From Tahibacter sp. (lineage in GTDB: Bacteria > Pseudomonadota > Gammaproteobacteria > Xanthomonadales > Rhodanobacteraceae): a stretch of 64,000 nt of DNA. The notes beneath the pieces were generated by a model. It saw only the letters and a list, made by a program, of their open reading frames with translations, was not told where the DNA came from and ran no database searches. The stretch lies in the NCBI GenBank assembly GCA_039934615.1, contig JBDTLV010000015.1, positions 1,151-65,150 of the forward strand, read 5' to 3'. Below are positions 41,147 through 50,524 of this stretch, in pieces (positions within the stretch are counted from its first letter, which is position 1; each line of letters starts with the position of its first letter). Both the position numbers and the translations under genes were made by a program.

Positions 41147-44002
41147 ATGCCGAATCCCGCCCCGCCGTTCGCCGAATTTGTCGAGTCCCGCTATGTGCGC
41201 CTGCTGGCGCGATGCCGTGAAGCGGGGGTTCCGTTCTACGACGACGTCGGCGTGGCCGAGCAACTGCAGCGCGTCTTGCTGGCCAGCGATTTCGCGTTCG
41301 ACTGTTTCCAGCGCGACCCATCCCTGCTGGCGCCGACCGCGCTGATTCTCATGAGCGATCCGCGCCCGGCCGATGCGCGCGCCCATCTGCTCGACCCCGA
41401 CGAACGCAACGAATCCACGCAATTTTCCCAATTGCGGCGGTTTCGCAAACGCGAAGCGCTGCGGCTGATCTGGCGCGACGTCAACGGACTCGACGATGTC
41501 GCAGATACCCTGGCGGGTTCGACGGCACTTGCCGAGACCTGCCTGGATGCTGCGCTGCGCAGTGCCGAAGCGATGTTGCAGGCGCGCTATGGCATGCCGC
41601 GCAATGCACAAGGTGTGGTGCAGCGACTGGTGGTGCTCGGCTTGGGCAAGCTCGGTGGTGGCGAGCTGAACTTCTCGTCGGACGTCGACCTGATTCTCGC
41701 CTACGACGAAAATGGTCAGACCGATGGCGCGCGCGTGCTCGACAACGAGGCGTTCTTCACTCGCCTTGGTCAGCACATGGTGAAACTGCTCGCCGATGTA
41801 ACCGCCGATGGTTATGTCTATCGGGTGGATCTGCGCCTGCGCCCGTTCGGGACGGCGGGCCGCGTCGCATTGAGTTTTGCGGCGATGGAACAGTACTACC
41901 AGCGCGAAGGGCGCAACTGGGAACGCTACGCCTGGATCAAGGCACGGCCCGTCGCGGGCGATCTTGGCGCCGGCAAGCGCCTTACCGAAACCCTGCGGCC
42001 GTTTGTCTATCGTCGCTATCTCGACTACAGCGCGTTCGCCGGACTGCGCGAAATGAAATCGCTGATCGACGCCGAAGTCGCGCGCAAGGACTTGACCGAC
42101 GATCTCAAACTGGGCCCCGGTGGCATCCGCGAAGTCGAATTCATTGTGCAATTGTTGCAGATGATACGCGGCGGCCGTGAACCGTCGCTGCGGGTGCGTG
42201 GTCTACTGCCGGCGCTCGCTGCCTGCGAGCAGCTCGGCGTGCTTGAGCGCGCGCGCGCGCGGCGTCTGCGCGAGGCCTATTTGTTCCTGCGCCGCGTTGA
42301 AAACCGTTTGCAGATGCTGCGCGACGAACAGACGCATGCGTTGCCGGACGATGTGCTGCTGCGTGAGCGACTGGCTGTCTCGCTCGATTATGCCGACAGC
42401 GCCGCATTCGATCGGGCCCTGGCGCTGCATCGCAGCGTTGTGAGCGAGGATTTTGCGCTATTGCTGGCGCCGCTCAAGCGCGACGAAACCGCGACCATGC
42501 CAACCGCCTGGATCGACCTGTGGCGCGGTCTGGATAGTGAAGAGGGCGATGCACGTGCGCTCGCCGCCGCGGGATTCGTTCCTGCGGAGCCAGTGCGCGA
42601 TGCCCTGTTGGGATTGATTCGATCACCCGCCGTACGAGGCACGTCGGCGCGTACGCGCGAACGATTCGATTTGCTGATGCCGCAATTGCTGATGGCTGCT
42701 GCGGCAAGCCGCGCCCCGAACGAATGTCTGGAGCGGCTGGTCCGCCTGCTCCACGCGATCGTGCGGCGCTCCGTCTACCTTTCCCTGCTGGACGAACAGC
42801 CGGGCGCGCGCAAACGCCTGATCGCGCTGTTTGCCGACAGTGCATGGCTGGCCGATCGCGTGATTGCGCACCCGCTGCTGCTCGATGATCTGTTCGATCC
42901 GCGTCTGGAGCAGGTACCCGTCGACCGCGCTTCGATCGGTCAGGAAATCACCCGTCGCCTCGCGACGCTGGACGACGCGGATGCGGAAACCGAAATCGAG
43001 GTGCTGCAGGAAATCAAGCATAGCCTGGGTTTTCGCCTCGGGCTCGCGTTTCTCGCTCAGCGCGCGGATGCGGTCGCGACATCCAGACGTCTGGCCGCAC
43101 TCGCCGAGGCGATCGTCGGTGCGGTGCTCAGCTATGCCGAACGCGATGCCTTGCGCCAGCATGGAAAACTCGCCGGCCACCTGGGGCAGGGTTGCGGCCT
43201 GGCGGTGCTCGGCTATGGCAGCCTGGGTGCCGCCGAACTGGGCTTCGCCTCCGATCTGGATTTGGTATTTGTGTACGATGGTGCATTGGGTCAGGCCGAA
43301 AGCGACGGTCCGAAACCGCTCGACGGACAGCGCTATTACGCGCGCATCGCCCAACGCATCGTCCATTTGCTGACGACGTTGACCCGGGCCGGACGGCTCT
43401 ACGAAATCGATGTGCGCTTGCGTCCTGATGGCGCGAAGGGCCTGCTCGTCACGAGTCTGCAGGCATTTGCCGACTACCAGCGCGATCGGGCCTGGACCTG
43501 GGAGCACCAGGCGTTGGTGCGTTCGCGCTGCCTGGGCGGCGACCTCTCACTGATGCGCCGGTTTGCCGAGACCCGTGCCGAGATACTCGAACACCCGCGC
43601 AATGCCGACGAGGTGTTCGCACATGTGACGCAGATGCGTGCGCGCTGGCGCGCCGAACGCGATCGATCCAGCGATGTGGAACTGGATCTCAAACAAGGCG
43701 CCGGCGCGTTACTCGACATCGAGTTTCTCGTGCAGGCGCTGGTGCTGGCGCATTCGGCACGAGTCCCCGCGCTGCTGCTCAAGACCAGCAGCGACGGTTT
43801 GCTGCGCATTGCGACCGATGCGTCCTTGTTGGCGCCCTCCCAGGGCGAGGCGCTGCTGCGCGCGCACAGCGTGCTGCTGCAACGTGCACTCGCGTGTACC
43901 CTCGATGCGCGGCCTCGAATCACTCGCCGTGATTCGAGCCTGGGCACGGCGACTGCCGACGTATTGCGCGTGGCAGCGGAACTGGGCCTGCCCTTCAGCT
44001 GA
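41147..44002 (+). CDS. glnE: bifunctional glutamine synthetase adenylyltransferase/adenylyl-removing enzyme
   Basis: ORF 41132 (TTG) trimmed to ATG 41147, giving about 951 aa. There are two nucleotidyltransferase halves (GKLGGGELNFSSDVDLI and GSLGAAELGFASDLDLVFVY), each followed by a GlnE helical domain (YRVDLRLRP and YEIDVRLRPDG). Confidence 0.9.
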   Translation: MPNPAPPFAEFVESRYVRLLARCREAGVPFYDDVGVAEQLQRVLLASDFAFDCFQRDPSLLAPTALILMSDPRPADARAHLLDPDERNESTQFSQLRRFRKREALRLIWRDVNGLDDVADTLAGSTALAETCLDAALRSAEAMLQARYGMPRNAQGVVQRLVVLGLGKLGGGELNFSSDVDLILAYDENGQTDGARVLDNEAFFTRLGQHMVKLLADVTADGYVYRVDLRLRPFGTAGRVALSFAAMEQYYQREGRNWERYAWIKARPVAGDLGAGKRLTETLRPFVYRRYLDYSAFAGLREMKSLIDAEVARKDLTDDLKLGPGGIREVEFIVQLLQMIRGGREPSLRVRGLLPALAACEQLGVLERARARRLREAYLFLRRVENRLQMLRDEQTHALPDDVLLRERLAVSLDYADSAAFDRALALHRSVVSEDFALLLAPLKRDETATMPTAWIDLWRGLDSEEGDARALAAAGFVPAEPVRDALLGLIRSPAVRGTSARTRERFDLLMPQLLMAAAASRAPNECLERLVRLLHAIVRRSVYLSLLDEQPGARKRLIALFADSAWLADRVIAHPLLLDDLFDPRLEQVPVDRASIGQEITRRLATLDDADAETEIEVLQEIKHSLGFRLGLAFLAQRADAVATSRRLAALAEAIVGAVLSYAERDALRQHGKLAGHLGQGCGLAVLGYGSLGAAELGFASDLDLVFVYDGALGQAESDGPKPLDGQRYYARIAQRIVHLLTTLTRAGRLYEIDVRLRPDGAKGLLVTSLQAFADYQRDRAWTWEHQALVRSRCLGGDLSLMRRFAETRAEILEHPRNADEVFAHVTQMRARWRAERDRSSDVELDLKQGAGALLDIEFLVQALVLAHSARVPALLLKTSSDGLLRIATDASLLAPSQGEALLRAHSVLLQRALACTLDARPRITRRDSSLGTATADVLRVAAELGLPFS

Positions 44003-44058
44003 CGACTCACCCGACCGGTTTGCCCGGGCGCCGCGCTCGCTCGCGGGGCCTGCCGTTT

Positions 44059-45078
44059 CTATCGGGAGTTGTGCAGCAGCCAGCGACGTCGAACGTCGTC
44101 GGCAATTGCCGCGGTTTCGCGCAACGCGGGTGGCGCGGGAGTTTCGGAGTCGGTCGGCGCGTCGAGCAATCGCAATTGGCCGGCGTCCATCAATGCACGA
44201 TGCAGCAAGGCGAGTTTCGACGTCGCAATATTTTGCAGCAAAGTGTAAACGGGAACCCCGACTGCGCAAGCTTCGCTGAGCATGTTCACCGAGTCGGGAC
44301 TGACCACGATTGCCTGGCTTTGCGCCAGAAAGCCGGCGTAGGGGTTCGGACCATCCTGGGAACCACTCCAGAAGCGCCCCGGAAACGCCGCGAATCCATC
44401 GCGCAGCCGTGCGGCCAAGGTGTCCGGTGTGCGCCGCGAAGTGGTGACCAGGAAACTCCCGCCGTCGCGCATATGTCGCCTGCGCAAAGTTGCCACGAGT
44501 GCATCACACCAGCTTTCGTCGATCTGCAGTGCACCACGACTGGCGCCGATCAGCACGGCGGTTCGTGGTTGGGGCAAATCGGCGAGCTCACTGCTTGCCT
44601 CCGCCGCTTGCGCCAGCCACTCGGCATCGATCGGATTCAGCGAGCCGAGCGGAGTCAGCACGTTCGTGCCGCGCAGACCGTCATGCTGCGGCGCAACCAC
44701 CAGGTCGAAGTGTCGCGGTGCGATGCGCGGATCAAGTATCTGCACGGTGAACGTAAACCCTTTGCTCCAGCGACGCAGGCAGCGAGTGTACAAAGCCGCG
44801 TCGCGGCCACAGCCAATGGCGAGCGCCGGCCAGGGCGCATCGAAGGCCAGACGCGTGACAGCCGGCATCGACCAGCGCGCTGCGAAGGTCAAACGCGGGG
44901 CGAGCCACGACCACGGGGCGCATGGCGAAATGCGCCAGACACGGATCGTCACGCCAAGGCGCTCCGCCAACGCGATGGCCTGCCGTTCGTTGCCGGCGGC
45001 TCCGTCGCTGATGACCCAGCATTCGGTTTGGGCGTGGCTCACGGGTTCCTGGGCGATACCGCGGCAGTCGCGGCGCAT
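44059..45078 (-). CDS. ELM1/GtrOC1-like (DUF1022) putative glycosyltransferase
   Basis: 339 aa. The N-terminal VISDGAAGNERQAIALAERLG resembles the ELM1-family signature as I remember it. The start codon is uncertain. Confidence 0.55.
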   Translation of the reverse strand: MRRDCRGIAQEPVSHAQTECWVISDGAAGNERQAIALAERLGVTIRVWRISPCAPWSWLAPRLTFAARWSMPAVTRLAFDAPWPALAIGCGRDAALYTRCLRRWSKGFTFTVQILDPRIAPRHFDLVVAPQHDGLRGTNVLTPLGSLNPIDAEWLAQAAEASSELADLPQPRTAVLIGASRGALQIDESWCDALVATLRRRHMRDGGSFLVTTSRRTPDTLAARLRDGFAAFPGRFWSGSQDGPNPYAGFLAQSQAIVVSPDSVNMLSEACAVGVPVYTLLQNIATSKLALLHRALMDAGQLRLLDAPTDSETPAPPALRETAAIADDVRRRWLLHNSR

Positions 45079-45199
45079 GCGTGCATTGTAGAGTGCTGTT
45101 CACCAATCTGTTTTCGCCGGCGCGATGACTCGGCTTTGGCGTCCCCGTACACTGCGCGCTGTCCTGCCACGCACGGCACCACAAACCACAGGAAGAGCG

Positions 45200-45805
45200 A
45201 TGCCGCACACTCCGATATCCGATGCCGCCCTGGATCAGCTGTTTCGCGAGGCGCGCACCTTCCGCGGCTCGGCGCAGGCCTGGCAGGAACGCGATGTCAG
45301 CGATGCACAACTGCAACAGATCTACGACATCATGAAATTCGCCCCGACCAGCGCCAACTGCTCGCCGGCACGCATCGTGTTCATCCGTTCCGCGGATGCC
45401 AAGCAGAAACTGAAATCCACGCTGGATGACGGCAATATCGCGCAGACCATGGCCGCGCCGGTGACGGCACTGGTCGGCAGCGACCATGCCTTTTACGAAC
45501 ACATGGAGCAACTTTTTCCGAACACCGGTGCGCGCTCATGGTTCGAGGGCAAGCCCGATGTAATCCACAACACGGCGTTTCGCAACGCTTCCCTGCAAGG
45601 CGCGTATCTCATCCTGGCGGCGCGCGCGCTGGGACTGGACTGCGGGCCGATGTCGGGCTTCAACCAAAATCTGGCCGACCAGTTGTTTTTTGCCGGCACA
45701 GCCGTCAAATCCAATTTCCTGATCAATATCGGCTACGGAAATCCGGCCGTCATTCGGCCACGCAATCCGCGTCTGTCGTTTGCCCAGGCTTGCCGCGTCG
45801 AGTGA
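45200..45805 (+). CDS. rutE: RutE-type nitroreductase-fold malonic semialdehyde reductase
   Basis: ORF 45125 trimmed to ATG 45200 (GGAAGAG RBS), giving 201 aa. It matches my recollection of E. coli RutE at several motifs: MKFAPTSANCSPARIVFIRS, ARSWF, AFRNASLQGAYLILAARALGLDCGPMSGF, KSNFLINIGYG and PRLSFAQAC. Confidence 0.8.
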   Translation: MPHTPISDAALDQLFREARTFRGSAQAWQERDVSDAQLQQIYDIMKFAPTSANCSPARIVFIRSADAKQKLKSTLDDGNIAQTMAAPVTALVGSDHAFYEHMEQLFPNTGARSWFEGKPDVIHNTAFRNASLQGAYLILAARALGLDCGPMSGFNQNLADQLFFAGTAVKSNFLINIGYGNPAVIRPRNPRLSFAQACRVE

Positions 45806-45840
45806 CGCATTGTTCCAACATTCACAACGGAGACACACGC

Positions 45841-46413
45841 ATGCTCGCACGTATCGTTCTTGCCACGGCCATTTCCCTTGCTGCAGCCTCGTCGCAGGCC
45901 GCGGACAAATACAATTTCGAAAGCTCACACAGCCACGTGATTTTTTCGTGGAACCATTTTGGCTTCTCCAACCCGGTCGCGCGCTTCGATAAATTCGACG
46001 GCGAGCTGATGCTTGACACGGCCGACCTCACCAAGTCATCGGTCTCGGTCACGATTCCGATCGACAGCATAGACAGCGACGTAACCAAGCTTGACGACCA
46101 CCTCAAGAGCGCGGATTTCTTCGACGCAGCCAAGTTCCCGACTGCAACGTTCAAGAGTACCAAGGTGGAAAAAGCCGGCGAGCACGGCTTGAAGGTCAGC
46201 GGTGACCTGACCATCCACGGCGTGACCAAACCTGCCGTACTCGACGTGACGATCAACAAGATCGGTGAGCATCCAATGGCGAAGGATCCGTCCGCGGGCT
46301 TTGACGCGACGACCACGATCAAGCGGACCGATTTCGGCATCGGCAAGTACGCGCCGAACGTCAGCGATGAGATCAAGATCCAGATCACGACGGAAACGCA
46401 CAAGGCAAAATAA
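45841..46413 (+). CDS. yceI: YceI-family periplasmic polyisoprenoid-binding protein
   Basis: ATG 45841 with signal peptide MLARIVLATAISLAAASSQAA. Also seen are SHSHVIFSWNHFGFSN, GDLTIHGVTKP and the C-terminal beta-barrel pattern. Confidence 0.85.
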   Translation: MLARIVLATAISLAAASSQAADKYNFESSHSHVIFSWNHFGFSNPVARFDKFDGELMLDTADLTKSSVSVTIPIDSIDSDVTKLDDHLKSADFFDAAKFPTATFKSTKVEKAGEHGLKVSGDLTIHGVTKPAVLDVTINKIGEHPMAKDPSAGFDATTTIKRTDFGIGKYAPNVSDEIKIQITTETHKAK

Positions 46414-46431
46414 GCGGCATTGGCACAAGAG

Positions 46432-46458
46432 ACGGGGCGTCACGCGCCCCGTTTCGGT
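46432..46458 (+). terminator. putative terminator after yceI
   Basis: ACGGGGCG (46432-39) pairs with CGCCCCGT (46445-52) and is followed by TTCGGTT. The T-tract is weak. Confidence 0.5.
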
Positions 46459-46827
46459 TCCACGGCCGCCCGGGCGTTTGCTGTCAGGACTGGCGCGCCT
46501 GCTCTGCTGCGCTGGCAGGCGCCACATCGAAGCACAGATTCTGCAGTGTGACGATCGGACCGAACGCAGGTTCCGGCCGCGAGTCCGATCGGCGTTCCAT
46601 GCCGAGGCCAAGATTCGCCGATAGCATTCCCCCCGTCACCTTGACGCCGGCGAACGGATCGCGCCATGGCGATCGGCTACATCGCCAACGCTTGCGATGT
46701 GCGACACGCGCCGAAAGGGACAAGGTCGCATAGCCAACCAAATAAAATTGCCGTAAAGTTACCCATCTTGCTGTTGTGCGTGCGCCAATCCGATCGGCGC
46801 CGCCGCATCCGTCTACCGGTGGCGACC

Positions 46828-49800
46828 ATGCTGGACTCGGTCAGGGCGCGCGACACGGGCGCAGACGCATTTCATTTTGGCGACTGGCTGGTGGTACCAG
46901 CGCAGAACCAACTGCGGCGCGGCGACCTGTCGCGCACGCTGGAGCCACGCGTAATGTCGGTGCTGTGCCATATGGCCCGGCATGCCGGGCAAGTGGTCAG
47001 TAGCGAGGACTTGCTGCGTGGCTGCTGGGCCGGTACGTTCTACGGCGACAATCCCGTGCACAAAACCGTTGCCGTGCTGCGGCGTGCGCTCGGCGAAAGC
47101 ATCGCCGCTCCGAGCTACATCGAAACCATCCGCAAGCGCGGCTATCGCGTATGCGCGAACGTCGTGTTTACCGATGCGAGTCTGGTCGAGCCCGCCGCGG
47201 GTTCGGCTCGTGCATGTCCGTTTCCCGGATTGAGCGCATTTTCCGCGAACGATCACGCGCTGTTTTTTGGCCGCGCGCGCGCCATCGCAAAACTGCTCCA
47301 GGCGGCCGTCGTGCAAGCCAGTGCCGCCGTGCGCTTTGTCCTGCTTGTCGGCACCAGCGGTAGCGGAAAATCATCGTTGTTGCACGCAGGGTTGATTCCG
47401 CTGCTCACCCAGCCCGGCGGCAGCGGTGGAATTCGTGCGGTCGCGGTCGCCAGCTATCGTGCCGGTGGTGGCGACTCGCCACTGTCGCATCTGGCGGACG
47501 CGTTGCTGCAGTGGAGCATTGCGCAGCGTCCGATATTTCTTCCGGTCGAACGCGAATCGCTGATTGAAGTGCTGCGTCGTGATCCGAACGCCCTGGAGCG
47601 CCGCATTGCCGATGCGCTCGCCCGTTCCGATGCGACCATGCCTGCCGGCGTCGATTCCCGAGTCCTGCTGATCGTGGATCCGCTGGAGGCGCTGCTCAGT
47701 GCCGCGAGCGATGGCGAGGCGATATTCGCCGCGTTGGAGGCCATGGCGCGCTGCCCGCAGGTTCTGTTGCTCGCGGCGTGTCGCAGCGATTGTTTTCCCG
47801 CGTTGCTTGCGAGCGCTGCGGCCGCGCCGCTACTCGCAGAAGGCGCGCATGTGGATTTGTGGGCGCCGTTACGCGGCGAGCTGGCACAGATGATCCGTCG
47901 TCCTGCGCAGTCGGCGGGGCTTAGCTTCGGACGCGATACCGCCACACAGGTTCGCCTGGACGATGCGCTGCTTGACGACGCTGCCGACGAACCGGGTGCC
48001 CTGCCTCTGTTGCAACATGCGTTGCGCGAGCTCTACGAGCGCGTAGACGGTCACCACGAACTGTCTTTTGCCGCCTATTTGCAAATGGGGCGTCTCAGCG
48101 GAGCCTTGGCCCAGCGCGCGGAAAGCATATTCGACGGTGTCGATGACGACGCGCGCGCGAGCCTGTCTGGTGTGCTTGAACGAATGATTCACCTGGCAGA
48201 CGAGTTCGAAGGTGCAGCGTTCGGACTGGCCGTGCCATTGCGAGCCTTTGACGAAGGTCCGGCGCGTCGGCTCGTCGGCGCCTTGGTCGATGCGCGATTG
48301 TTCACCACCGAGCTGGTCGCGAACGAGCCGGTGGTGCAGGTCGCGCACGAAGCGCTCTGGCGCGTCTGGCCCCGAGTCAGCGAATGGGTCGCCGGCAATC
48401 GCCAACTATTGCGCGCACACGCGCGTTTGCGTGCGCTGGCGACTCGCTGGAACAGCGAGTCGCGTCGCGCGGACTTTCTGATTCCTCCTGGCGCTCCGTT
48501 GCAGGAAGCTGAGCATGTCTGGACCACGATACTTGCCAGGCTGGAGGAACCGGAGCAAGCCCTCGTGCTGGCATCGAGAGCGCGTGAACATCAACGCGAG
48601 CGGCGACGGCGTCTGTCGTTTGCCGTCGTCGCCGTGCTGGCGCTGGCGGCATGCACCGCGGCGATCGCTGCCTGGCAACTGAAGGCGCGTGCGGAACAGG
48701 AACGCGCCGGAGCAGAGCGTCTGGCTGGCTACATGCTCGGCGAAGCGACCGACCGCCTGCGTCCTCTGGGGCGACTGGACATACTCGACGGCATTGCCGG
48801 TTCGGCGCTGGCCTATCTGGAGTCCTCGGCTGCCGATCCTGCCGATCCCGAGCGCATCGCCCTGCGTGCCGACGGCCTCCTGCAGATCGGTGAAATCCGT
48901 CTCGTCAAGGGCGATACTGCGGCCGGCAATGACGCATTCATAAAAAGTACAGAATTAACTAAAATCGGATTGATGCGTCACGCTGAAAATGCAGATTTGT
49001 TGCGGGTGAATGGCAAGGGACACTACTGGCTGGGTTACGAAGCGCTGCAGCGGCGCGACTACGCCAGCACGCGGACTGAATGGACTGCATACCTGGACCG
49101 TGCGCGGCACCTCATGGATGTGCAGCCGGACAATCCGGACGCATGGATCGAGCTCTCCTACGCGCACAACAATCTCGGCACGCTTGCATTCCGTCAACAC
49201 GACCTGCCGACCGCCGGGACGGAATTCGCCGAATCGATCGCGTTAAAGAGACGCGTGATCGATCGGCGCAGTGACGATGCCGGCGCCTTGCTCGAATTGG
49301 CCGACAGTTTGTCCTGGTCGGCCAATGTGCAGGACAGTCGCGGCGACCTGCGCGGTGCGCGAGCGCTGTACGCGGAATCAGCACAGACGATCGGCCGTGC
49401 CGGTGCGCTGCGCGAAAGCGATCCTGATCTCGAACATCGGCACGTTGTTGCCGATTTCCAACTGGCACAGGTATCGCTTGCGTCCGGCGAGATGGCCATC
49501 GCTCGCGCTGCGATCGACGCTGCCCAAGCGCGCATCGTCAAGCTGGTGCGGCTGGAGCCGGCCAACCTTTCCTGGCAGCGTGATCAGGCCTACGCCTATC
49601 TGCAGAGAGTGACGTTCGATCTCGCCGAGTTGCCCGATCCCGAAAGCGCACGTCAGAACGATGCCGCAATTTCCATTTTATCCAAACTGGTCGAGCGGCA
49701 GGCAGGAAACGCGGACTGGGCGCGGCTGCTGGGCCTGGCTACTCTGCAACGTGCAGCGCTGGCGGCGCGCGAACGGCGCGTCGGCAACGCGCGCCGCGAT

Positions 49801-50151
49801 CTTGATGGCGCCAAGGGACTGCTGCTGCCGCTGATCGCGACCCGGCCGGATGACGCCCTTAGCCGCGCGCTCGCAGCGCGCACCGAATTGCTGCGCGCCG
49901 AGCTTGCGGATGATGCGGCGGCGTCACGGATGGCCATCGATGCGGCTGTGCAGTTGCTTAAAGAAGTGGCCCCCGTTTCGCACGATCGCCGCGTGCTCGA
50001 TCCATGGGTGCGGGCCCTGACGGCGGCCGGACGTATCGCCGATGCCGAAGCACCGCTGCGTGAATTGCTGGCGATGGAATATCGCCAGCCTGGATTTGTA
50101 AACTACTACACTCGTTACCTGGGAGAAAAGCGCGATGGCAAACAACGATAG
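46828..50151 (+). CDS. giant signalling protein: CadC/OmpR-type winged-helix DNA-binding domain, STAND-class P-loop NTPase (nSTAND1-like), single TM helix and about 490-aa TPR-like helical repeat region
   Basis: ORF 46666 trimmed to ATG 46828, giving 1107 aa. The wHTH is FGDWLV.P..N.L.......LEPRVMSVLCHMA...G.VVS.EDLL..CW......DNPVHKTVAVLRRAL.....YIETIRKRGYRV. It is followed by PFPGLSAFSANDHALFFGRA, Walker A GTSGSGKS (47350-47373), VLLIVDPLEAL and VAHEALWRVWPRVSEWV. Next come RERRRR and the TM helix LSFAVVAVLALAACTAAIAAWQL (48613-48681). The remainder is helical repeats. Confidence 0.8.
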   Translation: MLDSVRARDTGADAFHFGDWLVVPAQNQLRRGDLSRTLEPRVMSVLCHMARHAGQVVSSEDLLRGCWAGTFYGDNPVHKTVAVLRRALGESIAAPSYIETIRKRGYRVCANVVFTDASLVEPAAGSARACPFPGLSAFSANDHALFFGRARAIAKLLQAAVVQASAAVRFVLLVGTSGSGKSSLLHAGLIPLLTQPGGSGGIRAVAVASYRAGGGDSPLSHLADALLQWSIAQRPIFLPVERESLIEVLRRDPNALERRIADALARSDATMPAGVDSRVLLIVDPLEALLSAASDGEAIFAALEAMARCPQVLLLAACRSDCFPALLASAAAAPLLAEGAHVDLWAPLRGELAQMIRRPAQSAGLSFGRDTATQVRLDDALLDDAADEPGALPLLQHALRELYERVDGHHELSFAAYLQMGRLSGALAQRAESIFDGVDDDARASLSGVLERMIHLADEFEGAAFGLAVPLRAFDEGPARRLVGALVDARLFTTELVANEPVVQVAHEALWRVWPRVSEWVAGNRQLLRAHARLRALATRWNSESRRADFLIPPGAPLQEAEHVWTTILARLEEPEQALVLASRAREHQRERRRRLSFAVVAVLALAACTAAIAAWQLKARAEQERAGAERLAGYMLGEATDRLRPLGRLDILDGIAGSALAYLESSAADPADPERIALRADGLLQIGEIRLVKGDTAAGNDAFIKSTELTKIGLMRHAENADLLRVNGKGHYWLGYEALQRRDYASTRTEWTAYLDRARHLMDVQPDNPDAWIELSYAHNNLGTLAFRQHDLPTAGTEFAESIALKRRVIDRRSDDAGALLELADSLSWSANVQDSRGDLRGARALYAESAQTIGRAGALRESDPDLEHRHVVADFQLAQVSLASGEMAIARAAIDAAQARIVKLVRLEPANLSWQRDQAYAYLQRVTFDLAELPDPESARQNDAAISILSKLVERQAGNADWARLLGLATLQRAALAARERRVGNARRDLDGAKGLLLPLIATRPDDALSRALAARTELLRAELADDAAASRMAIDAAVQLLKEVAPVSHDRRVLDPWVRALTAAGRIADAEAPLRELLAMEYRQPGFVNYYTRYLGEKRDGKQR

Positions 50152-50524
50152 TGTGCCGGCCGAACTGGTCATCGAAGTCGATGTGCAGGCAACCCCGAAT
50201 TTTGGCGGCAACACCCCGGACCGTCGCTACCTGTATTCCTTCTCGCCCGACGTCTCGATCGTGCGCAAGAGCAGTACGCTGATGGTCTACCAACTGAGCA
50301 AGAACACGCGCGAGGACCTGGTGATCAGTGGCATCTACACCAATGACGGACGCTACCAGATTGGTCCCCCGCAGATCGCGGCCGACGCCCGATCGGTTTC
50401 CTTCACCAATCGCAATTCCCAGCAGATGCTGATCAACGTGATGTTGCAGGTGACCGATCGCACGAGCAACTCGCTGATCCACGCCGACCCGCAGGTGCTC
50501 AATGAACCGGAAGTGCCGGATTGA
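50135..50524 (+). CDS. 129-aa beta-strand-rich cytoplasmic protein (possibly the family annotated as DP-EP), translationally coupled to the STAND gene
   Basis: ATG 50135 lies 17 nt inside the upstream gene, with GGGAG at 50121-50125. There is no signal peptide or TM segment. It has alternating beta-like segments (ELVIEVDVQ, YLYSFSPDVSIV, LMVYQLS, LVISGIYT, VSFTNRN, LINVMLQVTD). The C-terminus is ADPQVLNEPEVPD. The family name is recalled from memory and unverified. Confidence 0.65.
   Translation: MANNDSVPAELVIEVDVQATPNFGGNTPDRRYLYSFSPDVSIVRKSSTLMVYQLSKNTREDLVISGIYTNDGRYQIGPPQIAADARSVSFTNRNSQQMLINVMLQVTDRTSNSLIHADPQVLNEPEVPD

Noticed and set aside
40970-42151. 393-aa minus-strand ORF.
   Set aside because: It is antisense to glnE and starts inside the protease terminator. 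It is a shadow ORF.
44020-45429. 469-aa plus-strand ORF.
   Set aside because: It is antisense to the ELM1-like gene and overlaps the rutE-like start in another frame. It is Arg/Ala/Gly-rich with no motifs.
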